In this document: in pieces, positions 1 through 12,900 of the stretch | Layout of the letters: every line of letters begins with the position of its first letter | How positions within the stretch are numbered: the stretch's first letter is position 1 | Assembly (NCBI GenBank): GCA_905178155.1 | Contig: CAJINV010000006.1 | Coordinates: forward strand, 4,470,339 to 4,534,338 | Direction of reading: 5' to 3' | Source: Amoebophrya sp. A120 | Taxonomy: Eukaryota; Protista; Dinoflagellata | Length of the DNA stretch: 64,000 nucleotides | Position numbers and translations under genes: made by a program | Notes under the pieces: model-generated | Told to the model about the DNA's origin: nothing | What the model saw: only the letters and a program-made list of their open reading frames with translations | Databases searched by the model: none

Positions 1-1044
1 GGCCCGAGTCTAGCATTTATGGCCGGCCCATTTTTTGCGCGTTGCCGCCGGTCGCTGTCGCCGCCTAATTTCGATATTTTCCTTCCCCGCCCCTGGCCGC
101 GTTGCGTGTTATTCTTTCCGCAACAGCTGGGTTGCTCTTGATTGTTACCTGCAGAAAGTGGGGCGGCCTGACGGGGCTTTCTGCGTGGTTGGTGTGTTGA
201 TTTTTTTTCTGTGTAACGAGCGACGCGAGCTTGCTCCCCCCAAACCAAGCCTCGGAAGAATCTTGACGCTCAGCCATTTTTCCTGATCCGCGTGTTCACT
301 CTGTCATGTCGCTGCCGGGGAACAAGCTACCGACGCTCAAAACAGTTAGACACTTCAGCTGCCACCCCCATGAGCGAGAGGAGCCAAGCCAAGTGTAGTA
401 TGACAGACAACATTGAAGTGAATACTCGGGCGCATATTGAATGATACTTTTAGTGATGAAGTAGGCTTCTAAGTGCCATGTGTCGAGTGAAGAAAGGGAG
501 GCGCGCGTTCTTGTTGAATTGTATGCACAAAGCACAAAGTCGATCTGGAATCTGATATTAGTGGCATTTTTTATCTTTCGCTCTTGTAGTGTTTCCGTCT
601 TTCACGGTGGCAGTACGATTTTCTTCATATCAAAATCTTCACGACTTCTTCAAATTTCTGTTTGTCTTAGGACGTTGATCTTCACCTTGTACCCCCCCTG
701 GTCGTTTGTATCTTAGGACTTTGAGCTGACACCCCGTAAGTATCTTAGCCTCCCAGTCTATACCTTGCTTTGCTTTTAGTGCGCTACTTGACATTGCTGT
801 TCGTACTTGGAGGAAAACTTACTCGCAAAATCCAACTGAATATACTTGCGTCTAGCACAGCTCTCTCTGAAGTACGAGATGTTGGTTTTGGAGCGAAACG
901 ATATGTAAAAACTAAAGCTGTTGTCAACAACAGCTGCAGCGAGGAAGGTTTACTCAAATATTGGATCAACATCTTGGTAAGGAACCCACCTCCTGAAGCT
1001 GCTTCTCTTCCTAGCCGCTTAGGCTAGCGCAGCCTCCGCCCAAG

Positions 1045-4000
1045 ATGCATCGGTTCGATACGTTTTCGAAGCCGCTACAGGAGTTTCAGGTGAAAACGAA
1101 AATTGGCGGCTACCTCTCCGTAACGTCAGTATGCATGATCGTGTACCTGCTGCTGTCGGAGGTGATGTTCTTCCTGGAGCTCGAGCAGAAAGACGAGATG
1201 GTGATAGACTTGTATCAACTGCAAAAGTGTCTGGGTCTGGAAGATTGCAACTTGTCATGCTGTTTTTGGACTCTAAAAAAATTTGTATTGCATGACCAGC
1301 AAGAAGAGGGGTGCAATGTGTGCTACACGGACAGGGCATTTCTCATGCGGAAGGTGCATCAGGAGGGCCTTTAAAAGTCTGCGAAGATGCTAGGTCATGC
1401 ATTACAGGCATCACGGGTCATGAGAAATATGCATGACAAATCTTGCATTCTTCCAGACCCAGACATTTTTGCATTTGATAACTTGAACCAAGACACAAAA
1501 ACCTTCAAGATGCACCTGGATTTGTGGGTAAGTACTAAGTAATTTGATTGATGTTGCAATGCGTAGCAAGAATAGTATACCCTGTGATGCATGAAATCGC
1601 ATGAAGTGAATTTTTTGTCCAAAAAAAAATCCACAAGAATTTGTTCTACAAATACACAGCTTCCAGAACTTCCTTGCGCGGTTGTCGCTTTGAATTTGGT
1701 ACACGTCAAGAACCAGGATAACGTAATGCACGTCGGGCACACGATATCGCAGGAAAAAAGTTTCACAGTTACACATTTGTACGTGGATTCAGCATCACAA
1801 ACTTGCGCAGCCTGACAGAGAAAATTTGCAATGCAGAAATCATAAAGGCAAAACACACATGAAACGAGGCTCGCAAGCATCTTGCGCATTCCAGAGGTTG
1901 TTTATCTTGCGTGCTTTGCAACACAATGTGTAGCTGTAACGTTTTTTCTTTGCATACACGATCTTGAAGCAGAGGTGGGGCAAGGACCCGAAGTCAAGAG
2001 AGTGGGTGGAGCTGGGAAAGTATGCATTGCAAAACTAATGTACTGGTCGTAATCATTGTTTTTGCATTACAAAAGCTTAGCATGTGAAACGGATTTTTTC
2101 ATGCTAACTTTGGAACAAACAGGAGAATAGTCATGCACAAACCGCAATGAAAATTAGAATTAGTACGGGCACGATACAAGAACTTTTGCAGTGCATACAA
2201 AACCGGTAAGAGGAGGGCTGCACAGGATCTCCGCCAGCTCAGGGGAATTCAACGACAATCTGATGAGAAATTTAGGCAACCAGGCCGTAGAGGGGTTGCA
2301 GCACTCAACAAGAAAACAGAGGTGTCACAGCTGTTACGGGGCACTTTCGGATGAGGTAAGAATGAGACTCACTGTTGATGCATAGCATGACAAACTTGCG
2401 TACGATTTTTGCCAGAGGAGCAACTTGTGATGCTTAAAGGAGCATGAGCAACATGGTTTGCAAAAATGCCAGACCGAGAACATGAGATGCAAATCCGAAA
2501 CATAAACCACACTAACTTCCACCCAGGACGACTGCTGCAACACGTGCGATTCAGTGAAGGAAGCATTCCGAAAGCACAAGTATGCAAGAAATAATAAACC
2601 CTGTCCGCTACCTCCTGTTGTTTTTGTACTTCACGCGGTTTCTTTGCCATGCCTGAAACTACGCATAATCAAATCTTTTTTTTTTGATGAAAATGTAAAT
2701 TCATTGAAGTACGAAAGCGACTGCTTTGTGTTTGTCCCCTCCATACCCCCTGGGAGTTGCCAACGGATCACACGGTCGAGCAGTGCGCCGATGAAGAGTA
2801 CAACCAGAGACCAGCCTGGGCAGAAGAAGGTTGTTTTGTGCGATTACATTTATTTGTCATGCAAAAATCAGCAAACCCAATTCGGTTTGTCATGCAGACA
2901 CTGTAAAGTAGATAGGCAAAAAATTCTCTATTCAATTATCAGGTTGCAAAATCACTTCCCGTTCCGTCGCGCGAAAAGTTCCCGCGTACCTCCAAATCGG
3001 CCTAGCGTTATCCCATGCAAAAGTGCGGTCGGTGTACAAGTTGCAATCTTGCTTTCCGACCTGAACTAGCATAAAACGAATTTACGTTTTTATTTCTCTT
3101 GAAAAAACTTGTGATGCGAGTTGTACGTAGAGTGGTGCTTTTGCAATGCATAAGCGCATGACTTCAACAAGAACTTTTTGCACCAGAACTTTGTCGACCG
3201 GGCACAGCAGGGCTACATCTCGTTCACACACACGATTGACCGATTGCTGTTTGGTTCCGCTTTTCCGGGCTTCATTCCAGTGCTGGATGGCATGGAACAG
3301 AGGCACGAACACGGTATCATGAATGTTTTTCATCATGATCATTCACAAGAACTTTGTAATGCGGGACAGAGGATGAGAGTTTGATTTTGTCATGCGGGGT
3401 TCGGAATGAAGATAATTTATGCCACTTCTTGAAATTTTTGTTCCAGTCCCGCTGATCGAATCCTGGTCCGAAGAGAAGCTGGAATCACAGTCCGAGCTAT
3501 CAAATGCAAACATGTGTGAATCTGGAAGTTTGTGATGCTACTACTCGCATCGAAGAGTAGCTGCTTGTACGGCATAACAGCATTAGAAATTTTGCGAGCC
3601 TCTATATTATTGCAGACTCATTCGCAAAATGCATGACAAACTCGCTTTCACCAGCACGACAGAGAAGTAGGGGGCGACTCGTCTAAAGATTCCTGCATTA
3701 CATACAGATCTCGTTGTCCTCCTTCAAATTTCGCATCACAAAAAATCCAGAACAAAAGACAACATATTTGCCATGCATACGAGCATTGGCAATACGACTT
3801 GCACCTGATTCCCACGGATTTTGTCACGGCTTTTGGCCAGGTCATCGAGTCCCACCAATACTCAGCAACACAGTATTTCAGACTTTGACTGTGCTTTCTG
3901 TGATGCACATTTTGCAAGGAGGACTGGACTTTGTCATGCTAGGACCGCAGTTGAAAGGAAACAATCAAAAAACCACACACGACACTAAAACGAATTCCAA

Positions 4001-5069
4001 TTATACAGCTTCGTCAAGGGTCTGAACGTCGTCCAGAGGCACCGGGACTTGCCCGCGGCGGGGATTTATCTGAAATACGAGTTCACCGCTTTCCGCGTCC
4101 GGTGGATCCAGAGCTACAAGTCCTATGACCAGCTCAAACGTTTTTGCACTCTCAAACGTGACCACAATAGAATCTGGGTCCTGTATTGCATGATGAGCAT
4201 GACAGACTCGGACAGCATTCCACTTTCTGCAATACAAATCTCGCCAGATTGTAGTGCGGATTGGGACTCCAGAACTTGTCATGCGCAGTCCTATGAGAGT
4301 TCGCTAGATAATGCACTTGTTGCAACACAAATTCCAGACTCCATTGCAACGTTTGAGATTGTAACACCTGAGCAGGTTATAAGTCCGTGTCCCACTTTCT
4401 GACCAACATCTGCGCGATTCTATCCTGAGTAAAAACGTCCCGGATCTCGCAACACAAATCGAGAAGTTTTGGGAGTCAAGCATGACAGATTCCTCGCTGT
4501 AGTGTAGTGCAGTTTAGCAAGTACAGCCGCAACACAAATCCATCTAGTAATCCTGTTTACAGGATTACAAAGTCCAAAACACGATTGGAAATGCCTCTCA
4601 TGGGGACGCGCATTACACCGCTTCCTGTAACTGCAAATCTGCATGACAAGTATGGGGTGGGGACGTTTTTACTCAGCATAGATTCTGGGCGGCATTTACG
4701 CGTTTTTTTCCATGCTGGACAACTTGCTCTTCCAACTCTCGTATCAAATGTAAATATGTCTGGGTCTGGAAAAGTGCAATGTTTATGTTTGTCATGCTAG
4801 GCTAGCAAGACTCTTAAGTCTGTCATGCGCTTTACCCAAAAGCCCCAAAAGCCTCACTTTTCTGTGATGCAGAGACGCAGGTTTGTCATGCAGAATAGGC
4901 AACACTTAGAAGCTCCTCCGAAACTTGTCATGCTGAGCCATCATTTGTGGCCTCCACATGCAACGCCACTCAGCATTACAAGTTTCCAGACCCAAACATA
5001 TTTGCAATTGATATCTCGAAGCAGATGAAGCAGGGTGGTGCCGGCGGGGAGAGGGCCTTGAACTTGTGA
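1045..5069 (+). CDS. ERGIC3: ER-Golgi intermediate compartment protein, Erv46/ERGIC3 family (multi-exon)
   Basis: Joined exons give RFDTFSKPLQEFQVKTKIGGYLS, LPELPC, CHSCYGA, CCNTCDSVKEAF, EGCKI, FTHTIDRLLFG, QYDLHLIPT, SHQYSAT, GIYLKYEF, FLTNICAILGGIY; stop TGA 5067-5069. One junction (~3315-3440) not resolved. Confidence 0.92.
1213..1480. mobile_element. Introner family A
   Basis: TIRs, DR ACTTG/ACTTG; removal gives VIDL-NQDT. Confidence 0.95.
1528..1659 (+). other. Canonical GT-AG intron
   Basis: GTAAGT...ACAG; joins LDLW-LPELPC in frame. Confidence 0.85.
1745..1956. mobile_element. Introner family J
   Basis: TIRs, DR CACGA/CACGA. Confidence 0.92.
2021..2197. mobile_element. Introner family B (diverged)
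   Basis: TIRs, DR GAAAG/CAAAA. Confidence 0.85.
2356..2526 (+). other. Canonical GT-AG intron
   Basis: GTAAGA...ACTAAC...CCAG; joins SDE-DDCCNTC. Confidence 0.85.
2581..2745. mobile_element. Degenerate introner
   Basis: TAT..ATA, DR lost; removing element+5 nt restores FRKH(K/N)WELP. Confidence 0.65.
2830..2942 (+). other. GT-AG intron
   Basis: Joins EEG-CKI; contains TTGTCATGC motifs. Confidence 0.8.
3009..3152. mobile_element. Introner family B (diverged)
   Basis: DR AGCGT/AGCGC. Confidence 0.85.
3498..3779. mobile_element. Introner family A
   Basis: DR CGAGC/CGAGC. Confidence 0.9.
3873..4008 (+). other. GT-AG intron starting GTAT
   Basis: Joins YSAT-HFVK in frame; internal TGTGATGC/TGTCATGC. 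Confidence 0.75.
4124..4381. mobile_element. Introner, F-like
   Basis: DR AGTCC/AGTCC. Confidence 0.9.
4421..4680. mobile_element. Introner family C
   Basis: DR GATTC/GATTC; joins ICAI-LGG. Confidence 0.95.
4742..5013. mobile_element. Introner family A
   Basis: DR TCTCG/TCTCG. Confidence 0.95.
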
Positions 5070-5081
5070 CGCGGTTGTGTC

Positions 5082-5346
5082 TATCAAATGCAAAAATGTC
5101 TGGGTCTGGAATGTTGCCGAGTTTGTCATGCATATTTTGTATGACCCAGAATGTCTGTAATGCACGACCTAGCATCGCAGTTTTTCAGAGGGCTTCCTGA
5201 TGGTTCCTACTCCGCATGACAAATGCCCTCCCCGCGTAGCACAAACTCGACTCCTCTTGCTGGTCATGCAAGACAGATTTTTTTAGAGTCCAAAATTACC
5301 ATCACAAGTTCCAACCTTCCAGACCCAGACACTTTTGCATTTCATC
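5082..5346. mobile_element. Introner family A (3' of stop codon)
   Basis: DR GTGTC/GTGTC; ends ATC. Confidence 0.9.
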
Positions 5347-5688
5347 GTGTCGTGGAGGGGGTACTAGGGAAAGAGATGATAAAACTTGGTATGAAGCGGC
5401 GAAATATATGGGAGAAATAATTTTTATTTTGGGATAGAAATATTAACGAGCGACGTCATCATGTTTTCGTGATTTACACAAAAATTCTTCACGCGGTTGT
5501 AGTTTTTGAGAGGTTTTCAGAACTACAGGGTTATGGCATGACTCTTAATGGCGCGGCGGCCTCTCGAGTACTTACAACTCGTGGAAATTAATGAAGACTT
5601 TGTGACTTTTTACACTGGTAATTTTTCCTAGTTGATGTCCTCTACTTTGATTAAAAATATGGGTTATCATTTGCAAATAAGTGCTGGG

Positions 5689-5950
5689 TACCAACTGTAA
5701 AAATGTCTGGATCTGGAAGAATGCAATTTGTCATGCTAGCTTTGGACTCTAAAAAAATCTGTATTGCATGACCAGCAAGAGGCGCCCAGTTTGTGCTACG
5801 CGGGAAGGGCATTTGTCATGCGGGATAGGCATCAGGAAGGCCTCTTGAAATATGTGATGCTAGATCATGCATTACAGACATCCTGAGTCATGCAAAATAT
5901 GCATGACAAACCTGGTAACCTTCCAGACCCAGACACTTTTACATTTGATA
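5689..5950. mobile_element. Introner family A (non-coding context)
   Basis: DR CTGGG/CTGGG; starts TAC. Confidence 0.9.
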
Positions 5951-6135
5951 CTGGGTGAAGAAGATTTAAAGCATTGCCCGAAGGTCAATTTATTACGCGA
6001 GTATATTTTTTACAATAGGCTGAGAATGTGAATGAGATGGTGAAAGAGCAATAAATAGCCGAGATTCTCTTGTCTGCGAAACGCATAGGCAACAACCGCA
6101 GAAGGCATGCGAGAACATTGTTGTGAGATACGGCA

Positions 6136-6403
6136 TATCAAGTGCAAAAATGTCTGGGTCTGGAAGATTTCCAGGTTTGTCATGCATATTTTGCACAACC
6201 CACGATGCCTGTAATGCATGACCTAGCATCATAGATAAGATTTTTGAAGGGCCTTCTGATGCGTATTCCGCATGAGAAACGCCCACTCCGCGTAGCACAA
6301 ACTGAACTCTTCTTGCTGGTCATGCAATACAGATTTTTTTTACCTTCCAAAGACAGCATCACAAGTGGCAACCTTCCAGACCCAGACACTTTTACATTTG
6401 ATA
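6136..6403. mobile_element. Introner family A (non-coding context)
   Basis: DR CGGCA/CGGCA. Confidence 0.92.
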
Positions 6404-7312
6404 CGGCACCTCCGTTGTCTGCTAAAGCTAAACGGCAATAGACTCAGTATGAAAACAAGACAAGAGTGTGGCTGTGATCATGATCTTCCGTTTTGCAATT
6501 TTTATAGGTGCCTAACTTTATTTAGGTCAAAAATAAAAAAACACAAATGTATGAAGAAGATTTAAAGATTCAAAATCGACCCCGCAAGTAGACGGTTAAA
6601 AAGACACCGAAATGGTCACTGCTCAGCCTAATGTACAAAAAATGCACCTTGATTTTTCTTCAAGTCGCATCAACAGAATAGTGCGACTCCTGGACCCCGT
6701 TTCTGTCCTACAGATTACATAGGACCACTTCAAAGAGAAGGTCGACCCTCTTTGTCTACCACTTCTACGCTGGTGGGAAATGAAATAGAAGGAGCAGCAC
6801 ACTGCGATGTTCCTTCCCGGACCTCTCTTGAAATGCAAGGATCAATACGTAAGGGTCGTTCAGAAAAATTATCGGTCGCAAAAAGTTCGAGCCGCTGAAC
6901 AACAAATATGTGCGCAAATACGCAAAAATTTAACGGGATCCCCGCAAATCCGAAACGAATGCAAAGTCAATTCGTAGTGCAGAGCCGGTTTCTAGTACTC
7001 TAACGATTGCACTTTCTGATGCTGATATGGTGCCGTCCTCAAATAAAAGCATTTTCGAAAAAATTGCGGACATCATGATTCAAAAAGCCCGGTACAACTA
7101 CAACTACAACTGCAGGCTCTTCTGGTGGAATCGACACAAACTGTTGAGAACTACATCCTGTATATAGAACAGTACAAAAAACTACCTCCCTGGTGCTGAA
7201 GAATAAAAACCCTAGAAGCAATAAAGTGAAGTACTTTTTGTTCTTCCCACGAAGCAAGTAGACCACACGAAACCAAATCAAAGCGACCAACCTCCCAAAA
7301 GAAATACAACCA

Positions 7313-9015
7313 ATGCCCCGCCACGCCTTAAACCGCACCGACCGGCCGTTCCAGACGGCCGCCGAACGAGCGGAAGCCGGCTTCGGTAAAACCCACACGG
7401 AGCGGCTTGGGACCGACGTGCAACTACCGTTTGGCTACTGCGCACTTTCTCTAAAAGCCGCTCTGGATCCGGTGGCGAGCCCCCACGGGATCGTGTTTGA
7501 AAGGGAGTTCATTTTGAATTCTTTAGTCAAGCAGAAGGAAGACATGAAGAGAGTGTCCGCATTACTTGCGGAGCAAAAAGCCCGGGATGCGCTGGAGGAA
7601 CAGGTGACTGAATTGCAGGCGAAGAGAAGGAAAATCCAGGCTTTTGAGCAACAGGAACTGGGTTCTGTCGTCCTCTCCACGGCCGCAAACTCTATCGCGG
7701 ATTTGAACGGCAGCTCTTCAAATCAAACCTCCGCGAAATCTATCAAATGCAAATATGTCTGGGTCTGGAAGAATGCAAGTTTGTTTGTCATGCTTGTCTG
7801 GCATGACTCTGAAATCTGTGATGCATGTGCAGAAAAAGGGCCTCTTGCCTGTCATGCAGCAGCGCAGTTTGTCATGCGAAAAACGAATCACACAGCAGCG
7901 CAAAAACTTGTCATGCTGGGCTGCATATTGTAGCGTGCCCAAAATTCGTAGATTTGCATCACAAGTTTCCAGACCCAGACATATTTGCATTTGATAAAAT
8001 CGACTTTTCGGGGGAATTTCTCCCTCTCCAACATCCACGCCAACAAATTAGAACAGGATGAGAAGAAAAACGTCGGCGACCGCGATACCTCCAACTTCAC
8101 ATTCACCTCTTCCTATCGCAGGAAAAAACGGTTTTACTGTAAACTTGTAATGCAGAAAATGTATCTTAGAACTGTTTGTCTTGCTACACATGCAAGACAG
8201 TCGATTTTTAGCTGTGTTTTCCCTTAGGAGCCTCGCATGGCAAATTTTCTCTGTCATGTAGAGCAATAAACCTGTGATGCAAAACTTGCAAAATCCTTAG
8301 CTTACAGCGAAACACTTTTTTCGTGGGATACCTCCCGCCAAGAATACATCCCGGTGAATTTGAAACAGGCACGGCAAGCGAACTTCTGGGTCGCCAGCGA
8401 TGCCCCCGAGGCGAAGAAGAAGCGGATCGACGAGGAGAAGGATTTGAAACAGCACACGGAGTGCCCGATTACCGGGAAGAAGTTGAGGCTGAAGGATTTG
8501 ATCCCGATCAAATTTGAGATTTACGACCAAAAACTCTTCGACGATGGCGGTGGGAGAGGGATGTACTGCTGTAGTGTGACGAAAAAACCCATCACCCACC
8601 AGAAAGTGACGCTGATCAAACCTAGTGGGATTGTTTGCTTCAACGAGTTATGCACTGCAAAAGTATCATACTCGTGCTGATTGCAGTTATGCAAGACAAA
8701 TTTCTTTTTTCAAGCTAAATCAGCATGGGAAATTCCATTTGTCATGCTGAGCTAATTTGTATTGCAATAGTACGAGTGCGATCATACTTTTGCAATGCAT
8801 ACGAGTGTGTGGAGAAGACGATCAGGAAGGATATGAAATGCCCGGTTTCGGGGAAGGATTTGAGAGAATCGGATTTAGTCGAGTTGATCCCGGGGAATAC
8901 TGGATTTTGTTCCCACAACTCGATTGAGGCGAAATCCTACAAGCAGATGCGAACCGCGGCGATGATAAACGCGGACAGGACTGGACAGTGTGGGCTGAAG
9001 GGGACTATGCGGTGA
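7313..9015 (+). CDS. NOSIP: Nitric oxide synthase-interacting protein homologue (U-box/RING), 4 exons
   Basis: MPRHALN..ERLGTDVQLPFGYCALSL..DPVASPHGIVFEREFIL; NFWV; CPITGKKLRLKDLIPIKF; YCCSVTKK; ECVEKTIRKDMKCPVSGKDL..GNTGF; frame restored at all three introners. Confidence 0.95.
7741..7996. mobile_element. Introner family A
   Basis: DR AAATC/AAATC. Confidence 0.95.
8114..8330. mobile_element. Introner family E
   Basis: DR CTTCC/CCTCC. Confidence 0.92.
8649..8801. mobile_element. Introner family B
   Basis: DR CGAGT/CGAGT; joins FNE-CVEK. Confidence 0.95.
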
Positions 9016-9922
9016 TAATTTTCATTCCTTTCGGTTCTGTCAGTCTCAGTCCTACTGCTGGCTGTACTGGTAGTAGGACAAGAACCACCACCACGACGGT
9101 ATACAAGCGTAAGTGACGACGTCAACAAGCAATTTTTACGACCCAAAAGCGAAAGCGGACACTACCAATTTTTTTCACTCTTTGAAAATTATAGCAAGTT
9201 GTACGTAGCCAAGCCCTGGCTCTCTGATGGCCCCCCCGATCAGAACTGGTAAAGAACTGGGGCCGCGCTGCACGCAGGTGTGGAACTTGGACCACAGATT
9301 TTTTTGTTCAGCAGCCGGGAAATGAATATTGAAAACATTTTCCCGATGAAACGAAATCTCGTGAGCGATGTACCACTCCAGTCGACGTCGCTATATCGTT
9401 CTTCGGTAGGAATCATCAAATAAGAGAAATAAAACGAAACGTTGGGACGAGGTCGTCGTCGACGTCGTCTTCTCAGCTACATAGAGAGAGGAGTGAAGGA
9501 GAAGATTTCAGTTCTGATCAGTGTACAGCCTTGGTGGAGATGAAAACATATTGAGGCATTTAAGTACTTATTTGACTTGCACCACAATAGGAGGAGCGTA
9601 AGTACCGGAGCTGGCTGAACGGATACTAGAGAATGCCCCGAGCTGGTGCCCGAAACCAGACCGATAGACAGCTCGGACTCGGACCTTTCATCGTTATGTA
9701 TAGTATACATGCAGGGCCTCAAGGACTGGACTAGAACTTCTACGCGACTTTCGTATTATTCACTGCTACTGAGCGACGCCTGCGCAGGTTTTTACCTTTC
9801 GTGATGAACGCATCACGCAAAAAATGAAAATTGAAAACTCGAAAGTGAGTTAATAGTAAAGCGGCGTTCATCTTTGTCCATTATATTAACCGTCAGGAAA
9901 GACACCTCAAATAAGAATAACC

Positions 9923-12900
9923 ATGTACCAACTCGCCTCCCCGTCCGATCCCTTTGAGCACCGGGTATCTCCCGGAAAACGCCGCCTCATCCGCGGTCCG
10001 AAGGATGGCGAAGATATTCCGGAGATACTTCCCATTCTTCCCTTCACAGACGTGCTGATTGACCTCTACAAGGGCGGCACGAAATTCGTCTATGATATGC
10101 AAATATGTCTGGGTCTGGAAGAATGCGAAATTTGTCATGCTAGTCTGGCATGACTCTGCACTCTGTATTGCGTGGCCACCAAGAGGTCCTCTGGCCTGTC
10201 ATGCAAAAGCGCAGCTTCTCATGCGAAATACGCAGCACAGAAGCACGAAAAGACTTGTCATGCTTGGCGGCGCATTAGAGAGCACTTATTGTTCACGAAC
10301 TTGCATCACAAGTTCCTAGACCCAGACATATTTGCATTTGATATCGTCAAGGAGCAAACCATTCTGGAGAAATTGGAGGAGAAGCGGGAGCTCTACAAGT
10401 CCGTCGCGGGAGAGGAGTCCTACCAACAGGACTTAGCCGAAGTGGGCTGCCGGTCTACCGATCCAAACGGCTGGACGGTTTTGCACTGGGCGGTGCAGAA
10501 TGACTTTCTCGAGGTCGCGAAATGGGTGTTGGAGTTGGAGAAATTCATCAATTTGAACGACGCAGAGCAATTTGGAAGTCCGAATAACGCGATGAGTCCA
10601 GGCGGGGACTCCAATTACCACTACTTTTCCGCCGCAGATAAGTACGGGCAGCGATGCGCACAGGACGAGTATTTCTAGTGGTTTTTTGCACGAAGTGCGT
10701 TTATCTGTCATGCGGAAGTCGCTAATGCAAAACAAAAGCACGAACCTGTCATGCGCGGGCTGAAGCTGATCGCAAGTTTATTCCATCACCATATATAGGG
10801 TATCCTGCAATACAAATAAATATCACAGGCACGGTCTGACACCGGTGATGCTTGCGGTCTTCCTATGGAGAGAAAAAAGTTTGTCACAGTCACTATGTTG
10901 GAGATTTTGCATTACAAATTTTTCTAGCATCACAACTTTTCTTTGCATTGCAGAAACACTAAGGGAAATCCCTTATGAAAAAGGCTGTGATGCATTTTTA
11001 CGCATGACAGGCATTTTTTGTATTGCAAAAACACCCATGAGTGATCGTGACGAACTTTTTTTCTCAGGATACTTCCTCGGCCACCAGGACATGCTCGAAC
11101 TCCTCATGAACGGCGACGTCAGCCTCGGTATGGATTGCAAATATGTCTGGGTCTGGGAGAGCCAAACTTGTGATGCTGCATTTGGATGCTAAAAAAATCT
11201 GTATTGCATCAGCAGCAAGAGGGGTCAAATTTGGCTACGCGGAGAGGGCATTTGTCATGCAGGACGCGCATCGATACGCGGAGAGGGCATTTGTCATGCA
11301 GGATGCGCATCGATAGGCGCTCAAAAAATCTGTGACGCTATGGCATACATCACAGACATCATGGATCATGGAAAATGTGCATGACAAACTTCTCCTCTTC
11401 CAGACCCAGACATTTTTACATTTGATACTCGGCATTGCGCCGCTGAAAGACCCCAGCTCTAGCACCTGCTCCTTCCTTATGACAGTGCACAGCCCCCCTC
11501 GTCCCCCTCATTTGTATTGCATGAACGGCAATACAAGCCTAAGCAAGAATGCCGGTTTTGCATCACAAATTCGCACTGGAGTGTAGTGCTATTTGGGCAC
11601 CCAGAACTTGTCATGCAAACAGTGCTAAGACTCAAAGGGTGAATTGGGTATTTTGCATGACAAATGAGAGGGACGACGAGGGGGAGTTGTGCACTGTCAT
11701 ATTCCTGTACGAAATCCGGAATAACTACGACTGCACGGTGCTGCACTACGCTGCTATGCGAGACCGGTGCGACATGATTCCGTTTTTGCTCTATCGAGAA
11801 GAAAGATCCCCCCTTCCCATATCAAAACAAATCTGTGATGCAGATTTGTGGTCACAAGTCAGCTTTTTCATGCTAGAAGGCAAAAGATGCGGGCTGTAGT
11901 GCTAGCGGCGTGGGAAAGCCTTGCGTCTTCAGCATGACAGGAGGCAGGTGTGAGTGGGAAACAGCATGACAAGCTGCCTGCAAACGAGGCGACAACTGCG
12001 CCTCTTTGCCTTCTAGTAATACAAGTCCACTTGTGTACTCAAATACAGCTTCACAAATTTCGCTTGTGATATGGGGGTGGGAGATTTTTCATTTTGATAC
12101 GCTCTCCTTCCTAGACAGCGACGAGGACAAGTACATGCTGTTAAACGCCGAAGAGTATCCACTGCAAAAGTATCGTACTCGTACTACTTGCACCTATACA
12201 TGACAAATCTACCTGCTAGGGTAAGTCCGCATTACAAATTTCACTTGTATTAGTGCTGAGCCAATTTGTGATGCAATTTATACATAGTAGCACGATGACG
12301 ATACTTTTGCAATGCATAAAGACCGCGCGGGCGAGACTGCCTTGCACCACGCCTGCTTCCACATGTTCCCGCGTATAGTAGTCAACGATTTTGCTATAAA
12401 ATGATTTTTTCGCATCCGCATGACATCAATCGTGACAGCATGACAAAAATGTGGATCGTGGTGTTTTAGTTGTCTGAGCAGTACACAACAAAGAACTTCT
12501 GCGCATAACAAAAATAAAATTGTATGAGCATGTAAATTTAAATTTTTCTTCACAGGTACCATCCATGCTCTTTTGAACCAGCCCCAGACTAACGGAAACC
12601 TTCGCAACCATGTCTCGAAACTGCCGTTAGACGTCGCATTGGATCGGGCAGAGTTTGCGAAGTCGGACTTCCCCAGCATTTTGAAGCAGTTGCACGAGTA
12701 CCACGATAAAAATTATGAACTGCAAAAGCATCGTACTGGTATAACTTGCAATACAGATTAGCTCAGCATTACAAATTGAATTTGTAATGCGGATTTGCCT
12801 TAACAAAAAGTTTTGTAATGCATAAAAGCAATTAGTACGAGTGCGACGCTTTTGCACAGGATAAAAACCTGCCCGAGCTGAAATCCAACGAGGAAATCCG

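Noticed and set aside
262-290. Dinoflagellate spliced-leader relic (AGCCATTTT)
   Set aside because: Only 9 nt match; the GGCTCAAG part is absent.
1-300. GC-rich stretch resembling the other GC-rich insertions
   Set aside because: Truncated by the window edge; no boundary repeat visible.
1213-1480. Group I/II self-splicing or U12-type introns
   Set aside because: No group II GUGYG/domain V or group I core seen, elements occur in both orientations, and the TATCCT start of some families is part of a symmetric TIR without an AC/AG end.
7718-8061. Recurring ORF peptides CKNVWVWK, LPDPDIFAFD, MSGSGR, FQTQT, QKYRTR as a repeat-protein family
   Set aside because: They are translations of family A/B TIRs in several frames and on both strands, not genes.
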